Shown piece after piece: positions 19,234 through 28,658 of a DNA stretch of 64,000 bases (positions are counted from its first letter, which is position 1; the number at the start of each line of letters is the position of its first letter). The stretch is taken from NCBI GenBank assembly GCA_965661505.1, contig CBFIDX010000004.1, forward strand, positions 7,918-71,917. Reading direction: 5' to 3'. A program made the position numbers and the translations under genes. Origin of the DNA: Flavobacteriales bacterium (GTDB lineage Bacteria; Bacteroidota; Bacteroidia; Flavobacteriales; UBA7312). The notes under the pieces are model-generated. The model did not search any database. It saw only the letters and a program-made list of their open reading frames with translations, and was not told where the DNA came from.

Positions 19234-20098
19234 AATAAAGTGGATAAAACTTCAATTTATTTTGCTCAGTATGCATAAGGGCTGGTGCTGGTATTTTAAT
19301 GAAACTCATTAGTTTTAAAAACCTATTCCAAAAAACACTTCCTGTTTTCACCTTTCTTAAATTTACATCTAAAGAAAGATAATATTGCCTATGTCTGTTA
19401 AAGGTTTCTAATGAACTGTAGTTGTTAAACTCTTTTGCGTGTATCATTCCCTCAGCACCATAACCAAATGCAATATTTAACCATTCTGGGACATTAGAAT
19501 ATCGTAAAAAATCATTGACATTAAGTGATGCCCACAGAGTCTGACCATTGTAATCTTTGAGAGATTGTTGTAAGGTATTCTCGCCTAATAATGAAGGATT
19601 GTGTTTGGCATATTCGCTGGGAAAAAAACTATACTTTAACTGAATTCGTTGTTCTTTCCAGATAAGTTCTTGGCTTATCAACATTGTTGTCCCAGTAGTA
19701 TTTGCAATCAAGTCGCCCCATGAGCTTCCCCATTCTTTAGAGTAACCGTCAAGAATTTCTATAGTAGTTAGAAAAAAAGATCCATAAATTCCTCCATACC
19801 AAATCGCTTTTTTTTCTGGCACTCCGTTCCATCGCATTATGTCCATCCCAACTAATCCAACATGATAAGCTGTTAATGAATGTCCGAATTTATCCATTTG
19901 AAGCCATGAATCATTATCGTTATACCAATGAAAATTACTTCTTGGGTAATCTGCGTACCAAAGTTGATTTAGACCATACATACTTGCACCATACAAGCCA
20001 GCCTCAACACCTAATGCAACCTTAAAGGATTTGATGCTATCAGTCTGAGCAAAAGTTAAATTTGAAAGTAGAATGAAAATGATCAATATATTTTTCAC
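19223..20098 (-). CDS. Secreted DUF2279-like protein
   Basis: 291 aa with a signal peptide and the motif DKFGHSLTAY. It is Trp/Tyr/Gly-rich. It overlaps the Smr gene start by 11 nt. Confidence 0.5.
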   Translation of the reverse strand: MKNILIIFILLSNLTFAQTDSIKSFKVALGVEAGLYGASMYGLNQLWYADYPRSNFHWYNDNDSWLQMDKFGHSLTAYHVGLVGMDIMRWNGVPEKKAIWYGGIYGSFFLTTIEILDGYSKEWGSSWGDLIANTTGTTMLISQELIWKEQRIQLKYSFFPSEYAKHNPSLLGENTLQQSLKDYNGQTLWASLNVNDFLRYSNVPEWLNIAFGYGAEGMIHAKEFNNYSSLETFNRHRQYYLSLDVNLRKVKTGSVFWNRFLKLMSFIKIPAPALMHTEQNKLKFYPLYYGQ

Positions 20099-20162
20099 TT
20101 TACAAATATAAAAACTAGAGGCGTATTTTCATTCTTTATTTATCTTTACAAAAATTTAAAAA

Positions 20163-21413
20163 ATGATTCCAGCCAACAACCCAAAACTTAAAACTTGGAT
20201 TACCGTTCCAAAAGACAGTGATTTTCCAATACAAAACATTCCATTTGGAATGGTTGATATTAAAGGTGATAAAGTTGCTGCAACAAGAATTGGTGATACT
20301 GTTGTCAGCCTGTCAGCGCTTTTCAAAGCGGGTATTTTTTCTGATATCTTAAATGAAAACTGTTTTTCAGAACCTACACTTAATGGTTTTTTATCCTATA
20401 GTAAGCACACATGGAGAGCTGTAAGAAATCGTATTTCTGAGATTTTTACTTCCGATATGAATGAGGAGTTAAAAAACAATTGTTTGTTCAGCATAAATGA
20501 TATTAAAATGTGTATGCCTGTAAAAGTTGGCGATTACACTGATTTTTATTCTTCGAGGCAACATGCTTACAATGTAGGTTGCATGTTTAGAGATCCCAAT
20601 AATGCCCTATTACCCAATTGGTTGCACATTCCTGTTGGATACCATGGAAGAGCTTCATCCATAATTCTTTCCGAAACTCCAATACACAGGCCAAAGGGTC
20701 AGCAACTTCCGATGGGTGCTGATGAACCAGTTTTTGGTGCTTGCAAATTATTAGATTTTGAATTAGAAATGGCATTTATTACTGGTAAGGGAAAGCCATT
20801 AGGTCAAAGTATTTCTACAACCGAAGCAGATGATTATATTTTTGGTATGGTAATTTTTAATGATTGGTCCGCTAGAGATATTCAAAAATGGGAATATGTT
20901 CCTTTAGGTCCTTTCTTAGGAAAAAATTTCGCTTCATCAATTTCTCCTTGGATCGTTACACTAGATGCCCTAGAACCATTTCGTTGCGAAGGAGAAGAAC
21001 AGGTGCCAGAAGTACTTCCCTACCTAAAGTTTGAAGAAAATAAAAATATCGACATCAACTTAGAAGTCAAAATTTCGAATGACTCATTTGACCGGTTTAC
21101 AGTAACAAAATCCAATTATAAATACATGTATTGGAACATGACGCAGCAGCTTGCTCACCATACTGTAAATGGGTGTGATATACATGCTGGTGACATGATG
21201 GCTTCAGGAACAATTTCTGGAAATGATGAAAGTGCTTATGGCTCCATGTTAGAGTTGTCCTGGAAAGGAACCAAGCCAATTTCTATGCCTGATGGAAGCG
21301 AGCGAAAATTTATTCATGACGGAGATACTGTTACAATGACGGCATACTCACAAAAAGACGAGCTTAGAATTGGTTTTGGTGAGGTTTCAACTAAAGTGCT
21401 ACCTGCCATCTAA
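20163..21413 (+). CDS. fahA: Fumarylacetoacetase
   Basis: 416 aa. The N-terminal FAH_N pattern (FPIQNIPFG) and C-terminal FAH-fold motifs (DFELEMAF, FNDWSARDIQ.WEY.PLGPF) are present. Confidence 0.88.
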   Translation: MIPANNPKLKTWITVPKDSDFPIQNIPFGMVDIKGDKVAATRIGDTVVSLSALFKAGIFSDILNENCFSEPTLNGFLSYSKHTWRAVRNRISEIFTSDMNEELKNNCLFSINDIKMCMPVKVGDYTDFYSSRQHAYNVGCMFRDPNNALLPNWLHIPVGYHGRASSIILSETPIHRPKGQQLPMGADEPVFGACKLLDFELEMAFITGKGKPLGQSISTTEADDYIFGMVIFNDWSARDIQKWEYVPLGPFLGKNFASSISPWIVTLDALEPFRCEGEEQVPEVLPYLKFEENKNIDINLEVKISNDSFDRFTVTKSNYKYMYWNMTQQLAHHTVNGCDIHAGDMMASGTISGNDESAYGSMLELSWKGTKPISMPDGSERKFIHDGDTVTMTAYSQKDELRIGFGEVSTKVLPAI

Positions 21414-21432
21414 AGAAATTCATAGATTTTTT

Positions 21433-21460
21433 AAAAGCCATGCTAGTCATGGTTTTTTCT
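21433..21460 (+). terminator. Possible terminator after fahA
   Basis: ccatg (21438-21442) pairs with catgg (21448-21452). The stem extends by A-T and G-U pairs and is followed by a T run. Confidence 0.45.
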
Positions 21461-21483
21461 TTTAAAAAAACTAAATTTACTTT

Positions 21484-23694
21484 ATGCAAGATATTGATCT
21501 CGAATTAGAGCGGAAAGAGATACTTAATAGGTATAAGGGTCTCCTGCGTGATTGTAAGAATAAAACCGATGCTGAGGATAAAAAAATGATTCGCAAAGCA
21601 TTTAATCTTGCTGTTGATGCACATAAGGAGATGCGTAGGAAATCTGGCGAGCCTTATATTTATCACCCCATTGATGTTGCACGAATAGCAGCGAAAGAGA
21701 TAGGCCTAGGTTGTACCTCTATTGTGTGTTCTTTATTACACGACGTTGTTGAAGATACTGAATATACATTAGAAGATATTGAACGACTATTTGGCAATAA
21801 GGTTGCTCGGATAATCGATGGTTTAACAAAAATTTCAGACGTGTATGATCAAAATGTATCCATGCAAGCTGAAAATTTCAGAAAGATGTTATTGACACTT
21901 TCTGATGATGTAAGAGTTATTCTTATCAAACTAGCCGATCGATTACACAACATGCGTACACTAGATAGTATGCCAAAACATAAACAGCTAAAAATAGCTT
22001 CTGAAACACTCTATTTATACGCTCCATTAGCCCACCGGCTAGGGCTTTATGCTGTGAAAACAGAGTTGGAAGATTTAGGCTTAAAGTTTACTAAGTCGGA
22101 GGTTTATAAAGCAATAGCAGAAAAGTTAGCCGAAACCAAACGAGGACGTTTAAGATACATTGGTAAGTTTATTGTTCCTATTCGTGAAGAAATGGAAAAG
22201 CAAAACTTTAACTTTTCAATAAAAGGTAGGCCCAAATCAATATTCTCTATTAGGAATAAAATGCTAAAGCAGGAGGTTGATTTTGAAGAAGTCTATGATA
22301 AGTTTGCCATTCGTATTATTGTTGATTCTAAAGCCGAAAACGAAAAAGCTGACTGTTGGCGTATCTATTCAATAGTAACCGATTTTTATAAGCCAAGCCC
22401 TGATCGTTTAAGGGATTGGATATCCACACCTAAATCTAATGGATACGAAGCCTTACATACAACAGTTATGGGACCAAATGGAAAATGGGTTGAGGTGCAA
22501 ATTCGCACTGTTCGGATGGACGAAATTGCTGAAAAAGGATATGCTGCACATTGGAAGTATAAACAACAAGGAGATAAAGACAATAGCCTTGACGAGTGGA
22601 TAAATCGTATTCGTGAAATGCTAGAAAACCCTGACTCTAATGCAGTTGATTTCGTTGATGATTTTAAAATGAATTTATTTTCAGATGAAATTTTTGTTTT
22701 TACGCCTGCTGGAGATCTAAAAACCTTACCGCTTAATGCAACACCGCTTGATTTTGCTTTTGAAATTCATACTCAAGTTGGCAGTAAATGCCTTGGATCA
22801 AAGGTCAACGGGAAACTTGTGCCTCTCTCCTATTCGTTAAAAAGTGGAGACCAAGTAGAAATAATTACTTCTAACAAACAAAAACCAAAAGAAGACTGGT
22901 TGTCTTTTGTAAAAACCTCAAGAGCAAAATCGAAAATAAAAAATGCCTTAAAAGAAGAGAAAAAACGGATTGGAAAAGAAGGTAAAGAAATATTACAACG
23001 AAAGTTAAAACACATAAAAATCCCTTTCAACAATAAAACAGAAACAGACTTAATTCGTTTTTTTCATTTAAAAACAAGCCTAGATCTTTATTATCAGTTT
23101 GGCGCAGGCATGCTTACAAACAAAGATATACGATCTTTTGCAACTAAAAGAGACAATGGCTGGTATGGATACATTAAAAATAAAATCTCCGGAAATAACA
23201 ATCCTAAAAATCAAAAATCTGTCAATTTTAAAGCTAAATCAACAAAAGATCACATTGTTCTATTTGGAGTTGAAAAACAACAACTAGAATACAAATTAGC
23301 TAAGTGTTGCTCGCCAATTTCAGGAGATGATATTTTTGGTTTTACTACCATAAATGAAGGAATAAAAGTTCATTCTAATAATTGTCCTAATGCCATTCAA
23401 TTACACTCTAGGTATGCTTACCGAATATTAAATGCACAATGGACAAATAAGGACAACATTCACTTCAAGACTAAATTACATTTAAGCGGAATAGATCAAC
23501 TGGGGTTAATAAATAATGTTACGAGAATTATCTCTAATCAGCTGAATGTTAACATAGCTTCCATTAACATCTCTACTAAAGATGGAATTTTTGAAGGATA
23601 CATAGCAGTAAATGTATTTAGTAAAATTCATCTTTCAAATTTGATCGAAAAATTGCAAAAAATTGACGGTATAAACAATGTTGAAAGACTGTAG
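21484..23694 (+). CDS. rel: Bifunctional (p)ppGpp synthetase/hydrolase (RelA/SpoT homolog)
   Basis: 736 aa. It has an HD hydrolase domain (HPIDVA...LLHDVVEDT), a synthetase domain (RPKSIFSI..K, YEALHTTV), TGS and a C-terminal ACT-like domain. Confidence 0.92.
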   Translation: MQDIDLELERKEILNRYKGLLRDCKNKTDAEDKKMIRKAFNLAVDAHKEMRRKSGEPYIYHPIDVARIAAKEIGLGCTSIVCSLLHDVVEDTEYTLEDIERLFGNKVARIIDGLTKISDVYDQNVSMQAENFRKMLLTLSDDVRVILIKLADRLHNMRTLDSMPKHKQLKIASETLYLYAPLAHRLGLYAVKTELEDLGLKFTKSEVYKAIAEKLAETKRGRLRYIGKFIVPIREEMEKQNFNFSIKGRPKSIFSIRNKMLKQEVDFEEVYDKFAIRIIVDSKAENEKADCWRIYSIVTDFYKPSPDRLRDWISTPKSNGYEALHTTVMGPNGKWVEVQIRTVRMDEIAEKGYAAHWKYKQQGDKDNSLDEWINRIREMLENPDSNAVDFVDDFKMNLFSDEIFVFTPAGDLKTLPLNATPLDFAFEIHTQVGSKCLGSKVNGKLVPLSYSLKSGDQVEIITSNKQKPKEDWLSFVKTSRAKSKIKNALKEEKKRIGKEGKEILQRKLKHIKIPFNNKTETDLIRFFHLKTSLDLYYQFGAGMLTNKDIRSFATKRDNGWYGYIKNKISGNNNPKNQKSVNFKAKSTKDHIVLFGVEKQQLEYKLAKCCSPISGDDIFGFTTINEGIKVHSNNCPNAIQLHSRYAYRILNAQWTNKDNIHFKTKLHLSGIDQLGLINNVTRIISNQLNVNIASINISTKDGIFEGYIAVNVFSKIHLSNLIEKLQKIDGINNVERL

Positions 23695-23770
23695 AAAAGT
23701 ATAAAAAAACATGATGCTAAGTTGTTTCTAGATTAGAAAAAAGTGTAATTTTATCTTTTAATTGATTATC

Positions 23771-24217
23771 ATGTCAAAAGACAGGTCAACAGAATCAGTC
23801 ATCGAAATTTTTACTAATTTTTTAGAGCAAAACGGACAAAGAAAAACTCCTGAACGTTTTGCTATACTTCAGGAAATATATGGTCATAGTGGCCATTTTG
23901 ATGTAGAGTCTTTATACATCAAAATGAAGAATAAAAAATATCGTGTAAGTAGAGCCACCCTTTACAACACTATCGAGCTGTTAATGGATTGCAAACTTGT
24001 AAGAAGGCATCAGTTTGGAAAAAACCAAGCCCAATATGAAAAAGCGCTTGTCAGCGGTCAGCACGATCATTTGATTTGTTCAGAATGTGGCGATGTTAGT
24101 GAGTTTTGTGATCCACGTATTCAAACAATTAAAAATACCATAGAAGAAGTTTTAGAATTCAAAGTTTCACACCATGCTTTAAATATGTATGGGCTTTGTA
24201 AAAAATGTCAATCATAA
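23771..24217 (+). CDS. fur: Fur family transcriptional regulator
   Basis: It has a winged-helix N-terminus, an HHDH-like region ([12 protein letters not shown]) and a CxxC pair (CKKC). I prefer ATG 23771 over the ORF-track TTG 23762. Confidence 0.8.
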   Translation: MSKDRSTESVIEIFTNFLEQNGQRKTPERFAILQEIYGHSGHFDVESLYIKMKNKKYRVSRATLYNTIELLMDCKLVRRHQFGKNQAQYEKALVSGQHDHLICSECGDVSEFCDPRIQTIKNTIEEVLEFKVSHHALNMYGLCKKCQS

Positions 24218-24227
24218 ATATATATAA

Positions 24228-25493
24228 ATGGCAGTAGATGTACTACTAGGCCTTCAGTGGGGCGATGAAGGAAAAGGGAAAATTGTAGATGTTTTAACAA
24301 CTAATTATGATGTCATAGCTCGTTTTCAGGGTGGTCCTAACGCAGGGCATACACTAGAGTTTGATGGAATAAAACATGTTTTACACACAATTCCCTCAGG
24401 AATTTTTCATGAAAATGCGGTAAACATTGTTGGAAACGGTGTAGTTATTGACCCTGTTATCTTTAAAGCTGAAATTGACGCACTAGATTCTTTAAATGTT
24501 GACATAAGAAAGAAGTTATTAATTTCTAAAAAAGCACATTTAATTTTACCCACTCATAAATTGTTAGATGCTGCTTCTGAAAAGTCTAAAGGAAAAGCCA
24601 AAATCGGATCTACTTTAAAGGGAATAGGCCCTACTTACATGGATAAAACAGGAAGAAATGGCTTGCGTATTGGTGACCTGTCTGCTGCTGATTTTCAGGA
24701 CCGTTATGATCGATTAGTTACTAAACACAAACACCTTTTAGCTGCACACGATTTAGATTTTGATTTGACAGAGTTAGAAAGTGATTGGTTTAAAAGCATA
24801 GAGGTTTTAAAGCAGTTTAATCACATTGACAGCGAGCACTACTTACACCAAGCTCAAAAATCAGGAAAAAAAATACTAGCTGAAGGCGCACAAGGAACCC
24901 TTTTAGATATAGACTTTGGATCCTACCCATTTGTTACTTCTTCAAATACTATATCTGCTGGAGCTTGTACTGGGCTTGGAATTGCTCCTAATAGTATTAA
25001 TGAAGTGTATGGGATTTTTAAAGCCTATTGCACACGTGTTGGCAGTGGCCCCTTCCCTACCGAATTATTTGATGAAGTGGGAGAAAAAATTGGTCGTGTT
25101 GGCAATGAATTTGGCGCTACAACGGGAAGAAAAAGAAGGTGTGGATGGATTGACTTACCTGCTTTAAAATATGCTATTAACATTAACGGTGTCACACAAC
25201 TAATGATGATGAAAGCTGATGTGTTAAGCAACTTAGACCATATCAAAGTTTGCACTCATTATAAGTATAATGGAGAGTTGATTGATTACATGCCTTTCGA
25301 TGCCGATGAAAAGTCATTAGAAGCTGTTTATACTGAAATTCCTGCATGGAACGAAGATTTAACCAGTCTTGAATCAATAAGTGAGGCACCCAAAGAATTG
25401 ATGGATTATGTTCACTTTTTGGAGAACGAGCTTGAAACACCAATTAAAATAGTATCTGTTGGCCCTGATAGGTTACAGACCTTAAATAGATAA
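24228..25493 (+). CDS. purA: Adenylosuccinate synthase
   Basis: 421 aa. GLQWGDEGKGK, GGPNAGHT, GIGPTY and TTGRKRRCGW are canonical PurA motifs. Confidence 0.95.
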   Translation: MAVDVLLGLQWGDEGKGKIVDVLTTNYDVIARFQGGPNAGHTLEFDGIKHVLHTIPSGIFHENAVNIVGNGVVIDPVIFKAEIDALDSLNVDIRKKLLISKKAHLILPTHKLLDAASEKSKGKAKIGSTLKGIGPTYMDKTGRNGLRIGDLSAADFQDRYDRLVTKHKHLLAAHDLDFDLTELESDWFKSIEVLKQFNHIDSEHYLHQAQKSGKKILAEGAQGTLLDIDFGSYPFVTSSNTISAGACTGLGIAPNSINEVYGIFKAYCTRVGSGPFPTELFDEVGEKIGRVGNEFGATTGRKRRCGWIDLPALKYAININGVTQLMMMKADVLSNLDHIKVCTHYKYNGELIDYMPFDADEKSLEAVYTEIPAWNEDLTSLESISEAPKELMDYVHFLENELETPIKIVSVGPDRLQTLNR

Positions 25494-25494
25494 T

Positions 25495-26991
25495 TTGAAA
25501 CCCTTTTTATATATCACATTACTTTTCAGTTTTGTAAATGCTATTAATGCCCAAGAAAAAACCAAGTTAGAGATTATAAACTCTAACTTTTCTTATTATG
25601 ATGCGGATGTAAATCCTGATGCAAGAAGACTAGTTGATTCTGTCATTTTCAAACACGAAGGCGCTATTATGTATTGTGACTCTGCCTGGCATTACTTTAA
25701 AGAAAATCGTTTTGAAGCGTTTGGAAACATACACATCAACCAGGGCGATACCCTGCATTTATATGGCAATCACCTAAACTATATTGGTAAAGAAAATAAA
25801 GCAATTGTTAGTGGTGATATTTTATTGAAAGATAAGCAAGTAGAATTAGTGTCCGATCAGTTAATTTATGACTTATCCGTTAAAAGAGCTTCTTACTACA
25901 CAGGAGCTACTATTATAAACTCAGATAATAAACTTGTAAGTAATAAAGGACATTATTTGTCAGAAGATAAGCTAATGTTTTTTAAAGATGATGTTTTTCT
26001 TGAAAACCCTAGTTACATTATGTACTGCGATACCTTAAAGTATCATACCCTCTCTGAAATAGCTTATTTTTTAGGACCAACAAAAATCATTAGCGATAGT
26101 AATTTTATATATTGCGAGAACGGTTGGTACAACACTCAATTAAACATATCACAATTTAATAAAAACGCTTACCTCTGGAGTAAGGACCAGCGTCTTTCTG
26201 GAGACAGCTTGTACTATGATAGAAATAGAGGATATGGAAATGCCATTAATAATGTATCCATTTTAGATACACTGAATGATTATCTTTTAAATGGTGAGTG
26301 GGCAGAATATTTCGAAAAGCAAGATAGCTCTATCATAACCGATCAAACTTTGCTTACTCTTTTTATGGAAGATGATTCTTTATTTTTACATGGAGACACC
26401 ATAAAAGGAACGCTAGACAAATCTGCTAACCGCGTTTTAAGTTGCTTTAATCATGTTAAATTTTTTAGTAAAGACCTGCAAGGCAAGTGTTTACACCTTA
26501 CCTATACTATGTCTGATTCAACAATACGTCTTTTTGAGAAACCCATTTTGTGGAGCAGTGATTATCAACTTTCGGGTCAACATATAATTCTTCAGCTTAA
26601 AGGAAATAGTATAGATTACATGCATATTATTGATGATTCTTTTATTGCTTCAGAAGGTTCGTCAATACAATTTAATCAGATAAAGGGTCGCGAGATGTTT
26701 GGTTATTTTCGAAATAGTCAATTGGATAAGATTAATGTTTATGGAAATGGTGAAACGGTTTATGTTTTAAAAGATGAATCGGACAAAATAACAGGGATAA
26801 ACACCGTTAGTTGTTCTCAAATGCGAATAGATGTAAAAGATAAGGAGATACAACGCATTTCTTTTCAAAACAAACCCGATGCAATACTTTATCCCTACGA
26901 TGAGCTACCTAAAAAATGGAGAAAATTAGATGGATTTAGGTGGAGATTTGAAGAAAAACCAAGCAAAAAAGAAGATATTTTTTTAAACTAG
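25495..26991 (+). CDS. OstA/LptA-like periplasmic protein
   Basis: 498 aa with a TTG start and a signal peptide. Repeated beta-jellyroll-like segments (e.g. GNHLNYIGKENKAIVSGD) resemble OstA_N domains. Confidence 0.55.
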   Translation: MKPFLYITLLFSFVNAINAQEKTKLEIINSNFSYYDADVNPDARRLVDSVIFKHEGAIMYCDSAWHYFKENRFEAFGNIHINQGDTLHLYGNHLNYIGKENKAIVSGDILLKDKQVELVSDQLIYDLSVKRASYYTGATIINSDNKLVSNKGHYLSEDKLMFFKDDVFLENPSYIMYCDTLKYHTLSEIAYFLGPTKIISDSNFIYCENGWYNTQLNISQFNKNAYLWSKDQRLSGDSLYYDRNRGYGNAINNVSILDTLNDYLLNGEWAEYFEKQDSSIITDQTLLTLFMEDDSLFLHGDTIKGTLDKSANRVLSCFNHVKFFSKDLQGKCLHLTYTMSDSTIRLFEKPILWSSDYQLSGQHIILQLKGNSIDYMHIIDDSFIASEGSSIQFNQIKGREMFGYFRNSQLDKINVYGNGETVYVLKDESDKITGINTVSCSQMRIDVKDKEIQRISFQNKPDAILYPYDELPKKWRKLDGFRWRFEEKPSKKEDIFLN

Positions 26992-27453
26992 GTATTTTTT
27001 ATGCCAACTATTTACGGCCGTTGTTCGCCACTCTTTTTCAAATTCTAATTTATTTGTGACCAGGTTGTTAAAAACCACAGTTGTTTGAGAAACAATCTTT
27101 TTAAACGCTTTGATGGGCACAAGTTTAACATCCTTTTCATTTTCGTAGGCTATCAACGTTCTGTCGAAAAAGCTTAGTTTGAACTCTTTTTCTATCTCCT
27201 TAATTGTTTTTACTGATGAATCAATTGCACACCCACTGGTTGTATGGTGCTGCTCATCAACTAATAAAATTAGAAAACAATTTTCAACCAGTTTAAAGGA
27301 GGATTTTAACTGATTTTGGTGCGCTTTCCAATCATTACAGAAATCTAGCAGCTTTTGGCTGATGAGTACTTCTTCTTTTTCTGAAAATATTCTATCGGCT
27401 TGGTAAATCCAAACTCTTGAAGTGTTCGCTAATTCTGAATAAGGAATGTACAT
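26983..27453 (-). CDS. Hypothetical 156-aa protein, last gene of the Fe-S operon
   Basis: Clean ORF starting 2 nt after the CCG-protein stop. There is no TM segment or nucleotide-binding motif and I recognise no family. Confidence 0.5.
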   Translation of the reverse strand: MYIPYSELANTSRVWIYQADRIFSEKEEVLISQKLLDFCNDWKAHQNQLKSSFKLVENCFLILLVDEQHHTTSGCAIDSSVKTIKEIEKEFKLSFFDRTLIAYENEKDVKLVPIKAFKKIVSQTTVVFNNLVTNKLEFEKEWRTTAVNSWHKKYLV

Positions 27454-27455
27454 AC

Positions 27456-28235
27456 TTATAAGTTTTCTGCTTGAACGATAAGTTCAGCAATATCCAACAC
27501 ATCCATTTTTCCTTCAGCTAAGTTTTTAACACCATCCGTCATCATGGTGTTGCAAAAAGGACAGGCGGTTGCTATTATTGTGGCATCGGTACGTATTGCT
27601 TCTTCTGTCCTATTTATGTTTATGTCTTGTTGTCCTGCTTCAGGTTCTTTAAACATTTGAGCCCCTCCAGCTCCACAACAAAATGAACGCCTTTTATTAC
27701 GTTTCATCTCTACAAGTTCAACATCAAGCTGATTTAATAAATTCCTAGGTGCAGATATTACATCATTAGCTCTACCTAGATAACAAGGATCGTGATAGGT
27801 AACTTTTTTACCAGCAAGACTGCCCTTTATTTTAAAGCGATTATTTTTTACTAACTCATTTATGTATTCTGTATGATGTAGCACATCGTATTTTCCTCCT
27901 AAACCTTTGTATTCGTTTTTAAGGGTATTGTAAGAGTGTGGGCAGGTGGTTACGATGCGCTTAACGTTATAGGCATTCATCACTTGAATATTCATCATGG
28001 CTTGCATCTGAAACAAAAATTCGTTTCCTGCTCGTTTAACGGCATCACCACTAGAAGATTCTTCAGTTCCTAGTACACCAAACTTTACTCCTGCATTATT
28101 GAGAATTTTCACGAAAGAACGACTAATCTTTTTTGCTCTTTCATCAAAACTTCCAGCTGAACCAACCCAAAATAGAATTTCAGGCTCTTTTCCTTCGGCC
28201 ATCCATTCAGCCATTGTTTTTACCTCTAAGCTCAT
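27456..28235 (-). CDS. CCG-domain (cysteine-rich, HdrD/GlpC/DsrK C-terminal type) Fe-S protein
   Basis: 259 aa with two cysteine-rich CCG-type motifs (TTCPHSYN...DPCYLGR and FCCGAGG...CPFC). Confidence 0.75.
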   Translation of the reverse strand: MSLEVKTMAEWMAEGKEPEILFWVGSAGSFDERAKKISRSFVKILNNAGVKFGVLGTEESSSGDAVKRAGNEFLFQMQAMMNIQVMNAYNVKRIVTTCPHSYNTLKNEYKGLGGKYDVLHHTEYINELVKNNRFKIKGSLAGKKVTYHDPCYLGRANDVISAPRNLLNQLDVELVEMKRNKRRSFCCGAGGAQMFKEPEAGQQDININRTEEAIRTDATIIATACPFCNTMMTDGVKNLAEGKMDVLDIAELIVQAENL

Positions 28236-28658
28236 CTATTCAAAAACTTGTATTTTCAGTGATTTTTCTATAAGATCTGTAAACGCACCTTCATAACGAG
28301 TTGCTCTAACTATATGATTATCTATCCAGTGATAATTACCACCCCTCGGTTTATTCATAAGTAAACCATGGTATTTGAAACCATGTTTGCTTAACCATTC
28401 TTCTGTTATGGCTCTATGTTCTTCAATTCTTGACGTAAAAAAGGTAATGATGTGCCCTTGATCATACCATTTATTTAGTGTTCTAAGAGCATCTGGATAA
28501 ATCGCCGCATCTTTCATTCTCTCTGGCTTTTCGTTAGGAATGTCATCACAGATGGTCCCGTCTATATCTATTAAATAGTTTTTCACATCCTTTGGTAAGG
28601 TTGGACTTATTTGTTCGCCGTTAACGACTTTTTTAATTAGTTCAGTTTCTTTATTCAT
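28236..28658 (-). CDS. Small HAD-superfamily phosphatase-like protein
   Basis: 140 aa with the DxDxT motif (LIDIDGTICDD), motif II (TFFTSR) and a late acidic region. It abuts the CCG gene with no gap and overlaps the upstream gene by 8 nt. Confidence 0.6.
   Translation of the reverse strand: MNKETELIKKVVNGEQISPTLPKDVKNYLIDIDGTICDDIPNEKPERMKDAAIYPDALRTLNKWYDQGHIITFFTSRIEEHRAITEEWLSKHGFKYHGLLMNKPRGGNYHWIDNHIVRATRYEGAFTDLIEKSLKIQVFE

Noticed and set aside
24916-25443. Three overlapping ORFs of 66-83 aa inside purA, on both strands.
   Set aside because: purA is unambiguous across its full length. The alternative frames have no family resemblance.
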